64,000 nucleotides of DNA from Promethearchaeota archaeon (GCA_016839705.1 JAEOTR010000016.1:1-64000), one strand, 5' to 3'; numbered from the stretch's first letter, positions 30,433 through 41,550 are shown. Translations and numbers: made by a program. The notes: generated by a model not told the origin, from the letters alone.

Positions 30433-31335
30433 ATGCAATTCCTAATTATCACATCTGAAGAAGATAAAGCTTCAATGAACATTCGAGATAAATTTTTAAA
30501 AGCAAAGGATTACAGTTTTGAGGAAAAAGGAAAATTATGGTATAAACACCCTCTATTTAAATTAATTCAAAATGATGTGAAGAAGGAGGAATACCCTAAT
30601 CTAGGAGACATTGAAGTGTATCTCGGTTTAACGAAAGAACCTCTCATCTTTCTAAATGATTTAAAATTAGAGGAATCGGGTATAAAACCTGATTTTCTCA
30701 TTTTTGCAAGTCGACATACTTCAAAAACAGCCCGACCAGCATTTTTAGTTCATACAACCGGCAATTGGGGTAAAAAGGCTGAATTTGGAGGTGATCCATA
30801 CACATTATCTCGATCCAGTGCTTTATTACTTAAAGCAGGATTTATTTCATTGAGTAAAAAAGATTTACCACCAATATTATCGGATTTTTCATTTGATATT
30901 GAGGTTACACATCATGGCCCTACTAAATTAGAAATTCCATTACTATTCATGGAATTAGGCAGTAGTAAAGTAGAATGGGGAATTGATGATGCAGGTGAAT
31001 CAGTGGCAAATGCGGTAATAAATACAATTTATTATTATTTCGAACTCAAGGAAACAGGGAACCAGAAGATAGGTTTAGGTTTCGGTGGAACTCACTATGC
31101 ACCTAACTTTCAACGGTTAATAGGAACTAAGAACATAGCAATTTCATTCATTTGTCCCAAGTATTATATTCAAGAGCTAAATCGAGAAATGATTTTAAAA
31201 ATGATTAGCAACACTTCTGAAAAGGTAGATTTTTTTCTTATTGATTGGAAGGGAACAAACTCTGCAGATAAACAGCATCTGATTCCATTATTGCAAGAGT
31301 TCGACATTCCAATCAAAAAAACTAAGGACTTTTAA
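30433..31335 (+). CDS. dtdA: Archaeal D-aminoacyl-tRNA deacylase (DTD2)
   Basis: SRHTS, VHTTGN, EVTHHGPT, ELGS, GGTHYAP. Confidence 0.95.
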   Translation: MQFLIITSEEDKASMNIRDKFLKAKDYSFEEKGKLWYKHPLFKLIQNDVKKEEYPNLGDIEVYLGLTKEPLIFLNDLKLEESGIKPDFLIFASRHTSKTARPAFLVHTTGNWGKKAEFGGDPYTLSRSSALLLKAGFISLSKKDLPPILSDFSFDIEVTHHGPTKLEIPLLFMELGSSKVEWGIDDAGESVANAVINTIYYYFELKETGNQKIGLGFGGTHYAPNFQRLIGTKNIAISFICPKYYIQELNREMILKMISNTSEKVDFFLIDWKGTNSADKQHLIPLLQEFDIPIKKTKDF

Positions 31336-31341
31336 AAAAAG

Positions 31342-32211
31342 CTATTTGGCCTCATCCTTAAGTTTTTCATAATATTTTACTAAATTTTTGAAAACATAAT
31401 GAACTGGTGCATATCCTTGGGTTGCAGATTTAGCTAAAACTTTCATAAGAAAATCTTGATGGGTACAATTTTCGTCTAAGGTAACATTCAATTCCCGGAT
31501 ATTATAAAAGCTACGCCAAAATCCCGTAGGAAAATCTATTAAAGGCTGAAGAACTTGGTTGTATCTTTTTTTACCTTCTGAGCTTAATTCGAATTCTTTG
31601 TTTAATTCATAGAAATCATTGCTACCCTTTTTTTCAATGGTAATTATTCCTTCTGATTTCACTTCATTCATAATTTTTTTTAAATCAGCTATCGTAATAT
31701 CAGTGATATTTAATTTTTTTAAGCTATCAATAACCTCGGTATCTGTTTGTCCCTTCAGTTTAATTAAAGTATAATTTCGTGCTATGATGTTATACTTCAT
31801 TGGAACAGATTCGTGATCCATTTTGTTGTATTGTATCAAATTTCCAAGAATTTGTTGAGCTGTTAAATATTTTAAAACTAGCTGATCTTCTTCAGAGAAA
31901 TCGTTCTTAAATAATTCAGAGTCAAAATATACCCCATACAATGTTTCTAATAACGATTTTATTGAATGGAATCCATCAACGATGGCATTTTCAACATTTT
32001 TTAAAACTATTATTCTATAATCTATATCAGAAAGGAATTTTTTTTTATCAAGTGGTATTTGGCGGATGGTATGGGGATTGTCATTCAATGGTTTTAGATA
32101 CTCATCCCATTTATTCTTAAAACGATAAGACTGTGTTTTTGCTATATTTGAGAGTTTATGAACTACATCCAAAAGTTTTATTAAGAATTCCTCTTCAGAT
32201 ACTTCAGTCAT
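31342..32211 (-). CDS. Hypothetical protein, possible winged-helix segment
   Basis: Long ORF with normal composition; family not recognised. Confidence 0.7.
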   Translation of the reverse strand: MTEVSEEEFLIKLLDVVHKLSNIAKTQSYRFKNKWDEYLKPLNDNPHTIRQIPLDKKKFLSDIDYRIIVLKNVENAIVDGFHSIKSLLETLYGVYFDSELFKNDFSEEDQLVLKYLTAQQILGNLIQYNKMDHESVPMKYNIIARNYTLIKLKGQTDTEVIDSLKKLNITDITIADLKKIMNEVKSEGIITIEKKGSNDFYELNKEFELSSEGKKRYNQVLQPLIDFPTGFWRSFYNIRELNVTLDENCTHQDFLMKVLAKSATQGYAPVHYVFKNLVKYYEKLKDEAK

Positions 32212-32405
32212 CCACTAAATACCTTAGCCTTTTAGCTTTATTTTTTTCTAACCTAATAATAATATTAAAATCTATTGATTTTTAAATTTTTAAATTAAAT
32301 TGTGAAATTAAAAATAATAATTTCTTTTAATTATTATGTAACAAAAAAAAAGAGTAAAATAACTTATTACAAGGGTGTATTAAGGTTAAAATAGATCATA
32401 TTGCA

Positions 32406-32771
32406 GTGGGATCCAATTCTGAAAAAGATGCTGACAAATTTTTTATCGAATTACTCGGATTACAAAAGACAAGATCGTTTACAGTCCCTTCAGATTTGAT
32501 GGAAAAGTTTTTTGGTTTAAATTTAGATCAACCTGCTATACGATATGGAAATAATAATTTAAATTTTGAGGTATTCATAACGGAAAATATGGAGAAGGCA
32601 AAGGATGTTTTTACACATACCTGCATAATAATAGATAACAGAGATGACTTTCTAAATAAAGCAATATCTTTGGGATTTCCTACAATAAAGGTTCCTAGAA
32701 AAGCTAGTGATTCCTACTATCTTTTCGTTAAAGATTTATTCGAGAATTTATATGAGATAAAAGAGAAGTAG
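32406..32771 (+). CDS. VOC/glyoxalase family protein
   Basis: In-frame upstream KIDHIAV; FTHTC and KDLFENLYEIK motifs; true start probably a few codons upstream. Confidence 0.8.
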   Translation: MGSNSEKDADKFFIELLGLQKTRSFTVPSDLMEKFFGLNLDQPAIRYGNNNLNFEVFITENMEKAKDVFTHTCIIIDNRDDFLNKAISLGFPTIKVPRKASDSYYLFVKDLFENLYEIKEK

Positions 32772-32784
32772 TATATGAAAAAAA

Positions 32785-33213
32785 CTATTCTAATTTATTT
32801 AAAATTCCAGAACTTTTTATTATATCCAGATGATCAAACGCTAGCTTTAAGGAAGAGATTTTTGACAGTGGAAAAATTTCTAAGGCAGTAGCGTCATTTA
32901 AAGCTTTTGGTTTCTCTTTCTCAGTTAAGGGTCCACATAGGAATGCTATAGATATATTATGTCCTCTAGGGTCGCGTTTAGGGTCAGAAAAAACTCCTAT
33001 CAATTTAATGATCTTTATATTAATATTTGTTTCTTCTTTTGCTTCCCGAATACATGCATCTTCCACAGTTTCACCAACATCAACAAATCCTCCGGGTAGT
33101 GCTAGATCTCCTTTAAAAGGAGGGTTTTTTCGGCGTATTAAGATAAGATCTTGTTTGTTATTCAACAAAATTACCGCATCCACAGCTAACAGTGGGGTTA
33201 CTGGTTTAGGCAT
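32785..33213 (-). CDS. NUDIX hydrolase (ADP-ribose pyrophosphatase-like)
   Basis: GGFVDVGETVEDACIREAKEET; RDPRGH. Confidence 0.93.
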   Translation of the reverse strand: MPKPVTPLLAVDAVILLNNKQDLILIRRKNPPFKGDLALPGGFVDVGETVEDACIREAKEETNINIKIIKLIGVFSDPKRDPRGHNISIAFLCGPLTEKEKPKALNDATALEIFPLSKISSLKLAFDHLDIIKSSGILNKLE

Positions 33214-33247
33214 ATTTTATACAGACTTTTTTTAATAATGGATATAT

Positions 33248-34069
33248 CTATTCATCCCACACCGATGACGCGAGAAGATGCTCTATCCTCGATTTCCGGG
33301 GTCTAAGAAATTTAATGTGGTTCTCTTTTTTTTCCAACAACAAACTTTTTTCAAGAGTATCTGATGTAATCATATATACTTCTAAATCTCCGCCATCAAG
33401 AAAAATCTGATTAAAACTAGGTGTATCATCTGAACGAACTTTTTTTGAAGTTGAAGTACCACAGTAAAGAAAAGTTGTACTTGAGGAATTTCTCCAAGCC
33501 ATTACGTAAGAATGTGCAACATGGCGATGGCCTGATAATACTAAATCCACTTCAAATACTTGGGTGAACTCTAGAATTTCTCCAGCATCTCGGACAGTTG
33601 TGAATTTTTGTCCAGACATTGGGGTAGGAATTAAATGATGATGAAGTGCTATTATTCGATTTTCTAGATTCTTGTTAAATTGGCGCCCTAACCAGTCTAA
33701 TTGTTCATCTCCAATTCTTCCTTCAGCCATATCATCTCTAGCTGAGCAAATTCCTACAAGTATTGTATCTTTATCTTCTAAAATCAATCTGGATCTCCTA
33801 GGTCCAATCAGTTTTTCGAAAAACACAATACCACTGTTTTTAGCATCATGGTTTCCCGGTACTGCGATGAAATTAGTAATTTTTTTTATACGTTCAAGAT
33901 AAGGAAGAACATTCCTAAACTGCACAACTCTTCCTTTATGAATTATATCTCCTGTACAAACTACTACATCTGGTTTTGTATCTTCTATAAAATAAATTAT
34001 ATTTTCCATATATTCGGGAACAAATTCACTTCCATAATGTAAATCAGAAATTTGTATGATTTCAACCAT
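33248..34069 (-). CDS. Metallophosphoesterase (Icc/CpdA-like)
   Basis: DLH, GD, GNHD, HH, GHRH motifs. Confidence 0.92.
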   Translation of the reverse strand: MVEIIQISDLHYGSEFVPEYMENIIYFIEDTKPDVVVCTGDIIHKGRVVQFRNVLPYLERIKKITNFIAVPGNHDAKNSGIVFFEKLIGPRRSRLILEDKDTILVGICSARDDMAEGRIGDEQLDWLGRQFNKNLENRIIALHHHLIPTPMSGQKFTTVRDAGEILEFTQVFEVDLVLSGHRHVAHSYVMAWRNSSSTTFLYCGTSTSKKVRSDDTPSFNQIFLDGGDLEVYMITSDTLEKSLLLEKKENHIKFLRPRKSRIEHLLASSVWDE

Positions 34070-34236
34070 CTTTTCAGCACCCTCTCACATTAGCGTTCTT
34101 ATAGAGACTTTCTAATTGTTATAGATTTAATAATAAGTATTTAATTTAAAATGTTATTACTAACAAAAATGCTTAAAATAAGAAAAAAATATCAAACTAC
34201 TAATTATATCAGCACAAACAGAGTCTCTGTTTAAAT

Positions 34237-34413
34237 TCAATTCTCAACATATAAAGAAATATGTGATCGATTATGGTTTTGCTGCTTGTTACGCTTCCTT
34301 GTTAATTCTTCGAGATTATTCTCATTTCTACAATCGAAACATATCCCATTAACATTAATATAGCGTATCTCCCCACATTGGGGGCACTTAAACTCGTTAT
34401 ATACTGGTTTCAT
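34237..34413 (-). CDS. Small zinc-finger protein (58 aa; not in ORF track)
   Basis: MKPVYNEFKCPQCGEIRYINVNGICFDCRNENNLEELTRKRNKQQNHNRSHISLYVEN; CPxCG plus CxxC. Confidence 0.75.
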   Translation of the reverse strand: MKPVYNEFKCPQCGEIRYINVNGICFDCRNENNLEELTRKRNKQQNHNRSHISLYVEN

Positions 34414-34629
34414 ATTTTATTTTACTTGTATTTATTTATTTAATTTTTTATCTTTCTCTATTATTAAGAAAAAATATAGATTTTTAAACGCTCTCGCCAT
34501 AGTATATAAAGAGTTATATATTCTATATAGAAAGATAAGGTTTTCTCATAAAATTATAGTCTATTAGAGTTAATTTTAAATTTTTATAAAAGATTAGAAA
34601 TGTAATTTAATACATTTATGGTAAAGTAA

Positions 34630-35562
34630 TTGACATCAAATGGAACATCTTTTAAAGAAAAAGTAAGTTTAATTAAAGGTCCTATTGGACAATTCTTTCT
34701 ATTAGCACTAGGTATAACTTGGGTATTTTGGATCCCAACAATACTTATCGCGTCGGTGAATGATTACTTTTTACCAGGGGTATATACGGTATTTGATATA
34801 ACCAATAATGGTTTTAAAGACGGAGTTCATGTTGCTATTTTTATTTTAAATCAAATTGGGGTTTATGGTCCTTTTATTGCAGCCCTAATAGTTTTACAGA
34901 GATCTCAAGGAAGAAGTGAGATTAAGGCTCTTTTTAAGAGAATTACAGTATGGCGTGTGAATCTAAAATGGATTTTAATTATAATTCTTATCCCATTAAT
35001 CTTATCATTAGTATCCCTTGGTGCAAATATTCTCTATGGTGCTGATGCATCAGGAGCATTTAATCCCGGGATGTCTGTCTTCATCCTATTTTTAACTTTT
35101 GTTAACAATATTTTTACAAGTGGTCTTGAAGAGCCGGGATGGAGAGGATATGCTTTTTCAGAACTTAGAAATAAAGATGAGGCATATAGAGTGAGTCTTA
35201 TTATTGGAATTTTTTGGGCAATTTGGCATTATCCTTACATGATTTATCTGAATTATGAGACAGGAATTTTTCTAATGGCTATAGCGTTAATTGGGTTTAC
35301 CGTAACCATTATTGGGGGAAGTGTTATATTCAGTTGGATTTATGTTAACACTGAGAGTTTATTAATAATGGTTATATTTCATGCCTTTCAGAATGTCTTT
35401 CCTATCTTAATCATGGGGCAGGTTGTTGATATGGCAGGTGGTCTTGTTACAGGTCTTATTACATGGGTATTAGTATTTATAATACTGAAGTATTATGGGA
35501 AAGAAACTTTAATGGGACTTACAGAAACCGAGGTCAATGCTAAAAAGAAAAAGATTAAGTAG
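34630..35562 (+). CDS. CPBP/Abi family intramembrane metalloprotease
   Basis: EEPGWRG, WAIWHYP, FHAFQN. Confidence 0.92.
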   Translation: MTSNGTSFKEKVSLIKGPIGQFFLLALGITWVFWIPTILIASVNDYFLPGVYTVFDITNNGFKDGVHVAIFILNQIGVYGPFIAALIVLQRSQGRSEIKALFKRITVWRVNLKWILIIILIPLILSLVSLGANILYGADASGAFNPGMSVFILFLTFVNNIFTSGLEEPGWRGYAFSELRNKDEAYRVSLIIGIFWAIWHYPYMIYLNYETGIFLMAIALIGFTVTIIGGSVIFSWIYVNTESLLIMVIFHAFQNVFPILIMGQVVDMAGGLVTGLITWVLVFIILKYYGKETLMGLTETEVNAKKKKIK

Positions 35563-38518
35563 ATAATTTACTTAGAATATATGATTTGACTTCACTAACA
35601 CTTAAATCCTTATCTTCGATAAAACCCTGTCCATAATCCTTTTTCCCTCCCCCCTTTCCTCCGAATTTTTCAACGCACTCTCTCACAAAATCCCCAATGT
35701 TCAATGTTAACTCTTTGAGTGGCTTTTCTCCTTCCATGGCTAAAACATTAACGCCTTGATTGGTCTTATTGAGAAAAATGCTTATCACATTCTCATTATG
35801 ATTCATGATCCTTATGGAAAAATTCTTAAGATCATTCTGAGCCATTCCTTCGAATGTTTCAAGAATAAGTTTAGAGTTTTTATAATCTTGACTAGTTTTA
35901 ATTAACTCATCTATATAGTCCTCACTAAGAAGATTCTTCATTTGTTTAAATTTTTCTACTCCTTCAGCCCATTCTGAATAAAATTTTTGGATTTTGCTTG
36001 GAACATCATCTTTCTTAATGCTCAAAAATTGAGAAAGTTCTGAAAGCACATCTCCTTCAAAGATTTCAGAGGAGGTCAAGTGCATATCATTTTCATCAAT
36101 TTTGCCAGATTTGAGTGCTTTATTAATATTTTTCCACTTTTCGAATAATTCTGTTACACGACTTACTAATTGTTTGCGTTCTATATTTAAAATTCCCTTT
36201 AACTCTTCCAATATTGCTTTGTGCTTTTCTTTTAATTTATTGGTAGCTTTTCCTGCTGTGAATGTGAGTCTAACCGTCCCATCTTGAATCTTTTGAGATT
36301 TTGTAATGTGAATGTAACCCGTTTCTGAAGTATTATTCAAATGAGTACCACCACAAGCCTCAACATCAATTCCTGGAATCTCTACTATACGTAGATTTTT
36401 ACCTGGAACAGCTCCACCTTGGTATATTGTCATCCCATATTTTCGTTCCGCATCAGATCGAGGTATAAATGAGAGATTAAGATCAATAGCTTTATTAACA
36501 ATTTCGTTTGCTCTCTTCTCAATTTTCATTACTTTTTCTCTAGAAATTTGTTCATAATGAGTAATATCAAGATGAGAGTTCTTTAGAGTTTTCCTTGCAC
36601 CTGCTTGGTTAATGTGATTTCCCAAAATTTCTCGAGCAGCTGCATTAACAATGTGGGTTGCTGTGTGATGTTGGGACAGTTGGGTTCGCCAGGATTTGTC
36701 AACTTCTACCCTAACAGTATCTCCTACTTTGAATTTTGGTTTTTCATCTAACACATGAATAACGAAATTTCCTTGCTTGAAGGTATCATTGAATTTCTGA
36801 CCGTTAATATTCCCAATATCATGAACTTGTCCTCCAGATGTTGGATAGGCAACAGATTGGTCTAATATTACCATTTTACCAATTATTTTTAGTACTTTCG
36901 CTTCATTCGAAGTATCTGTGTAATCATAGTAATAAAGAGACTTTGTTTCGGGTAGCCCTTCTATATCTAGTTCAATTTCTTTGCCAGTAGCATGGATTTG
37001 TTCGGATTTTTCATGTTTTTCCACTACCAGGTTAAAAAAATTGTCAGGGATCTTAACTTTCACATCATGTTTCTTAGCTGCTTCTTTAACCATATCAGGA
37101 CTTATTCCATTTGAATCGTATAATTCTATAAGAGTGTTTACAGAAATTTCACCTTTTTTTAATTCTCTTTCTAAGATTTTCCCAGCTTTTTCCTTGGTAG
37201 CATAAAACTTCTCTTCTTCTACGTCAAGTATCTCTCTAATCTCGTCCAGATGTTCAGAGACTTCTGGAAAGATTCCTTTCAACTCTTCCGCATGCCATTT
37301 ACATACATCAGCCATATTAATAGGCCAGTTGAATTGATCAATGAAACTAATTGCTCTTCGAAAAATTACTCTCAGATTATATCCACCTCCTACATTTGAG
37401 GGGAGTTTTCCATCATTAATCGCAAATAATAAGCTTCGGGAGTGATCTGCAATTGAGTAAAGACCTGTCATTGGCATGATTTTATTTTTAAGCTCTTTTA
37501 CTTTAATCCCCAGTTCACTTGCTACCCGATCCCAGGCTTCATCGATATTATCAACCTCATCAATATTGAGATAAGCAGAAAATTGAGAAAATCGATTGTA
37601 TAAATCATGGTCTAATTCAATTTTGGTAATTTCTCTTAATTTCTTTAATACAAATGGAAAAGTGGCTTCATAAATATTAGGGGTTCCCTGTGAGAACCAA
37701 GCAATACGTTCTTGACCTAAACCCATATCAAGGACTTTAAGTTTCAGCTCTCGCGGACCTTCAGGAGTTTGATCAAACATTGTGTACACTTGGTTAAATA
37801 ATTCTATACCTCTACTGAAAAATTCAAGGCTACATCCAAATGAACCTCCTCCTACCCATGAATCCTCATGGATGGTTATTTCTTCTTTTGGTAGGCCAAC
37901 ACCTTTATGAAGAAAGTCGTGGATATCCATAAAAAGTTCATCCTGGTTCCATTCCTCAGGGGTTAAAAACACATGTTGTCCGATCATCACAAAACCCGTG
38001 TTGTGAGACCCTGTAATCCCAACATTTTCAATATCATTAAATCTTAAACAAAATTGTGGAATTATCAATTTTTTAGCAGGAGGTTCTACTTCTCCGGTAA
38101 TTACATATGGTTGAAACGCATATATCGAAGCTGCTGTAAATTCTGATGTTGGGTTCCATCTGGCAACACAAGGATAACGTTTGACGGGAGTGTATCCTCG
38201 TGGCTCCAAAATTTCTACCATTTTTTCCCAAACTTCAATGAAAGATAACTTGATTTTTGATGGATTATCAACTACTACTTGAAATCCACCCGAACAGACA
38301 GGCTCTCCGCAAACTTCTCTTTCTTTAAGCGTAGTCCAAAAGTAATTACCACAACACTCACAATGCTTTCTCATATAACCTAGATTTCTAAGCTCTTTTG
38401 TAGGGAAATATTTATCTGGATTTTTTGAGGCGATTTTCTTGAAAACAGTTTTTAATTGTTTATCCGTTTGAGCTTCGAAAAGTTCCTTCTGTTCTTTTTC
38501 TGAGAGCACTCTAATCAA
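35555..38518 (-). CDS. alaS: Alanyl-tRNA synthetase (archaeal type)
   Basis: N-terminal zinc motif, QFCLRFNDIENVG, DMGLGQER, HTATH, CGGTH, GGKGGG. Confidence 0.97.
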   Translation of the reverse strand: MIRVLSEKEQKELFEAQTDKQLKTVFKKIASKNPDKYFPTKELRNLGYMRKHCECCGNYFWTTLKEREVCGEPVCSGGFQVVVDNPSKIKLSFIEVWEKMVEILEPRGYTPVKRYPCVARWNPTSEFTAASIYAFQPYVITGEVEPPAKKLIIPQFCLRFNDIENVGITGSHNTGFVMIGQHVFLTPEEWNQDELFMDIHDFLHKGVGLPKEEITIHEDSWVGGGSFGCSLEFFSRGIELFNQVYTMFDQTPEGPRELKLKVLDMGLGQERIAWFSQGTPNIYEATFPFVLKKLREITKIELDHDLYNRFSQFSAYLNIDEVDNIDEAWDRVASELGIKVKELKNKIMPMTGLYSIADHSRSLLFAINDGKLPSNVGGGYNLRVIFRRAISFIDQFNWPINMADVCKWHAEELKGIFPEVSEHLDEIREILDVEEEKFYATKEKAGKILERELKKGEISVNTLIELYDSNGISPDMVKEAAKKHDVKVKIPDNFFNLVVEKHEKSEQIHATGKEIELDIEGLPETKSLYYYDYTDTSNEAKVLKIIGKMVILDQSVAYPTSGGQVHDIGNINGQKFNDTFKQGNFVIHVLDEKPKFKVGDTVRVEVDKSWRTQLSQHHTATHIVNAAAREILGNHINQAGARKTLKNSHLDITHYEQISREKVMKIEKRANEIVNKAIDLNLSFIPRSDAERKYGMTIYQGGAVPGKNLRIVEIPGIDVEACGGTHLNNTSETGYIHITKSQKIQDGTVRLTFTAGKATNKLKEKHKAILEELKGILNIERKQLVSRVTELFEKWKNINKALKSGKIDENDMHLTSSEIFEGDVLSELSQFLSIKKDDVPSKIQKFYSEWAEGVEKFKQMKNLLSEDYIDELIKTSQDYKNSKLILETFEGMAQNDLKNFSIRIMNHNENVISIFLNKTNQGVNVLAMEGEKPLKELTLNIGDFVRECVEKFGGKGGGKKDYGQGFIEDKDLSVSEVKSYILSKLST

Positions 38519-38716
38519 ATTCTAAATGTTCAAATTCTGGGTTATTAATATTTTAAAATAATAGTGGTCATCCCATAATTTTCTTTTAATTTTTTGTTGT
38601 TTAAACAATTTTGCTTTGCTTTTACTATATCAAAATTTTTATGCTAGATTTTCATAAAAACTTTTTAAATCAACTATAAAACTTTAGTTTACAAGTGAAA
38701 AATCACTACTTATTTA

Positions 38717-39637
38717 TTATCCAAGTTGAAACAAATTTCTCGCTTTTTCAACTGTTTCTGCATCAAATTTTCTAAATAAGGCGTAAGCAGTAATCGGTAC
38801 GATACACCCACAATTCTTACACAATTCTGGTGAATTTCCCATGACACAAAATTTCTGTGTTCCATCTGGATAGAAACTTTTTACTTGACCAGTTTTAAAT
38901 ATGCAATGTGGTACAAATTCTTTTGACATGTAAACTTCTAACATTTTTTTGGAATAAAAAATAAAATTTCCATATTCACGCATAACTTTTAAAATGTCTT
39001 TTATTGTCTTTCTTAATATGTTATCTTTTAATAAAAGTGGGCTGTCAGGATAATCGGTATATAATAGAAAGACTAATCCAGAAGCACCATTTGTATAAGC
39101 AATCTTGGCAATTTCTTCAATTTCCTTATAATTTAAAGTCATGATGGTTGATGAAACGACCGGATTGGTTTCACGAATATTTTGTATGACGGTATCAAAA
39201 ACCTTCGCACCTCTTATCTTATTATGAGTTTCCTTGCTACCATCTATACTTACCCAATATTTCGGTTGTTTATATCCATTAAATCGAGGTAATTTTATAA
39301 CTCCATTTGATACAACTTGAACGGAGGGAAAAGTTTTAATCGCTTCTTTAATAACGTCCATTCTTAAAGTAGGTTCCCCACCAGTTAAAATAGCTATTTT
39401 TGTTCCTAATTTTCTATGGTATTTAAAAAGATTAATCCATCCTTCTTTGGATAATTCTGTTCTTTTCTCTTTTAATTCCATTGTTGATGAAAAAAAATAA
39501 CAATGTTGACATTTTAAGTTACATTGCCAAGTTAAATCATAATTCACATAAAATGGAACCTTCCTTACTATTGATTTCAAAAATGATGGTCCCATGGAAA
39601 TAAAACTTGTTATATTTTTCACTTTAAATAATCCCAT
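38717..39637 (-). CDS. Radical SAM protein
   Basis: CNLKCQHC, TGGEP; C-terminal Cys cluster. Confidence 0.9.
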   Translation of the reverse strand: MGLFKVKNITSFISMGPSFLKSIVRKVPFYVNYDLTWQCNLKCQHCYFFSSTMELKEKRTELSKEGWINLFKYHRKLGTKIAILTGGEPTLRMDVIKEAIKTFPSVQVVSNGVIKLPRFNGYKQPKYWVSIDGSKETHNKIRGAKVFDTVIQNIRETNPVVSSTIMTLNYKEIEEIAKIAYTNGASGLVFLLYTDYPDSPLLLKDNILRKTIKDILKVMREYGNFIFYSKKMLEVYMSKEFVPHCIFKTGQVKSFYPDGTQKFCVMGNSPELCKNCGCIVPITAYALFRKFDAETVEKARNLFQLG

Positions 39638-39784
39638 TAGTATAAATATAAGATTTGATGCTTTAAAAAAAACGATCTTTATTTAGTGAAATAGATGCTT
39701 TAAAAAAATCGGGTGGATGTAACTCCCAAAGGTAATATAGTCTTGAAAATTAGTAATACTAAGGAGATAAAGGATAAAGTTAAA

Positions 39785-39988
39785 ATGAATGGAAAAAAGC
39801 GAGAATATATTAAAGCAGGCATGCGCGTTTTAATCGTATTAAAGAAAAACCAACGATCTGGTAAGTTAACCGAAGGTATTGTCAAAGATGTGCTTACAAA
39901 CTCTCCTAATCACCATTATGGGATTAAAGTTCGGTTGAGGAGTGGTGAAATTGGACGGGTAAAAGAAATAATTAGCTCCAAACAATAA
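39785..39988 (+). CDS. YwbE (DUF2196) family protein
   Basis: KNQRSGKLTEGIVKDVLTNS..H.YGIKVRL..GEIGRV; ATG at 39785 preferred. Confidence 0.9.
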   Translation: MNGKKREYIKAGMRVLIVLKKNQRSGKLTEGIVKDVLTNSPNHHYGIKVRLRSGEIGRVKEIISSKQ

Positions 39989-40164
39989 GTTAGTAAAATA
40001 TCCTTACTTTTTAAAATTATTAACTTTACAATTTCTGAATTACCTTTTATTTATAGTAGTAATGTTGCCATTGCTACCCTATTGATAAAGCTTTTATACT
40101 ATTGTGTGTGTTTTTTACTTACAAAGAAATCTAATATTCAATAAATTATAGAGGTAGAGATCAA

Positions 40165-40467
40165 ATGGCTCATATTATGATTACAGGTTGGACTCCCCAA
40201 AGCAAAGGAAATGAAATGCTAAAAGTATCTACGTCAAAAGATAAACCCGCATACCCCGATTTTATAAAAAAAATACAGAATTGGATGGTTATCTCCCCAG
40301 ATGGAATGATTAAAACTTATGCAGTGTATGAATGCCCAGACGATAAAATATTAGAAGGGATGAAAGCCCTTGGTAAAAGATATACAATGTATACTCAAGT
40401 AGAAGGTTACAAATACTATCCTGAAGTCTTGTTTGATGCTCAAGAAGTTATTAATATGTTTCTTTAA
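40165..40467 (+). CDS. Hypothetical protein
   Basis: Clean ORF with upstream GAGGT; family not recognised. Confidence 0.75.
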   Translation: MAHIMITGWTPQSKGNEMLKVSTSKDKPAYPDFIKKIQNWMVISPDGMIKTYAVYECPDDKILEGMKALGKRYTMYTQVEGYKYYPEVLFDAQEVINMFL

Positions 40468-40524
40468 TTATAGTAAATTTCATTTTTTTTAATTATTTTT
40501 AAATCTCCTTTTATGGTGTATTGA

Positions 40525-41466
40525 TTGTATAAAGTAGAAGAACTTAAATATTCAGAGAAAAGATACAAAAACACTCTTAGTAATCTTAGAGAATCATTAA
40601 CACACTATTTCGTAGATACTCTGCAAGAGGATTTAAAAGAAGCTAAATTTTGGATTGACTGGATCGAAAATATTATTAAATCTGAAAGCGACGATCATAT
40701 AAATTTTCAAGTCAGAAGTGATGAAGATGCGCTAGGTTTCATAATAACTAGCTATATCAATGAAAGGTTTGCTTTAATTAGGCATTTTTTTATATTGGAT
40801 GTTATTAATAGGGAAGAAGTTGCCTATATTTTGTTGAAAGAAGCCATTGAAATATTGAAAAATGAATATGGGATAAATGAATTTAAAAATTTTGCTTTTA
40901 CTATTCCAGAAGATTATTTAGCAACCCCACTAAAAAGACTGGGATTTAGCACTCTATTAAGGCATAACCTGACTCTTAACTTAAATTCTTTTGAAAAAAA
41001 TTATGAATTACCCTCCAAATATTCCTTCGCTCCCATTAATAAGGAAAATTTGATCAATATTGCAGAACTTAGCGTTCAGATTTATAAAAATCATCCAGAT
41101 GCATCTTTTTGGGAAGAAGTGAATTCAGTTCCTCTTTATTTAGATTATTTAGAAAAGAGTTTAAAAACCTATATCCTAAAAGATTGTTCATTTGTTATAA
41201 AAGTTGAAAAACAGATTATTGGATTTTGTCTAACAGAAGAAGGAGATGAAGATGGTGAGCTTATTATTCAAAATATCGCTGTTAATAAAGTATATCAAAG
41301 AAAAGGTATTGGAAAAGCTCTACTTTCAGAAGTTTTAGAAGCCACTCGTCAAAAAGGTTATAAAAAAGCAATTCTTACAGTCACAGAAGGAAATCCCGCT
41401 CAAAAAATGTATGAAAATTTCGGATTTAAAAAATATACTTCATTTAATATAATAACAAACGCTTAG
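40525..41466 (+). CDS. GNAT acetyltransferase (tandem domains)
   Basis: YQRKGIGKALL, NPAQKMYENFGF. Confidence 0.9.
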   Translation: MYKVEELKYSEKRYKNTLSNLRESLTHYFVDTLQEDLKEAKFWIDWIENIIKSESDDHINFQVRSDEDALGFIITSYINERFALIRHFFILDVINREEVAYILLKEAIEILKNEYGINEFKNFAFTIPEDYLATPLKRLGFSTLLRHNLTLNLNSFEKNYELPSKYSFAPINKENLINIAELSVQIYKNHPDASFWEEVNSVPLYLDYLEKSLKTYILKDCSFVIKVEKQIIGFCLTEEGDEDGELIIQNIAVNKVYQRKGIGKALLSEVLEATRQKGYKKAILTVTEGNPAQKMYENFGFKKYTSFNIITNA

Positions 41467-41550
41467 AAATGGGGTAAAAAGTGGTAAAAATATAAAAATT
41501 TTATCGAAAAGTTCAATTCAGTTTATGAAATCAAGGATAAAAATAAAATA

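Noticed and set aside
34371-34384. CCCCA-CAT-TGGGG hairpin as an ncRNA element
   Set aside because: Explained by the CPQCG codons of the minus-strand microprotein
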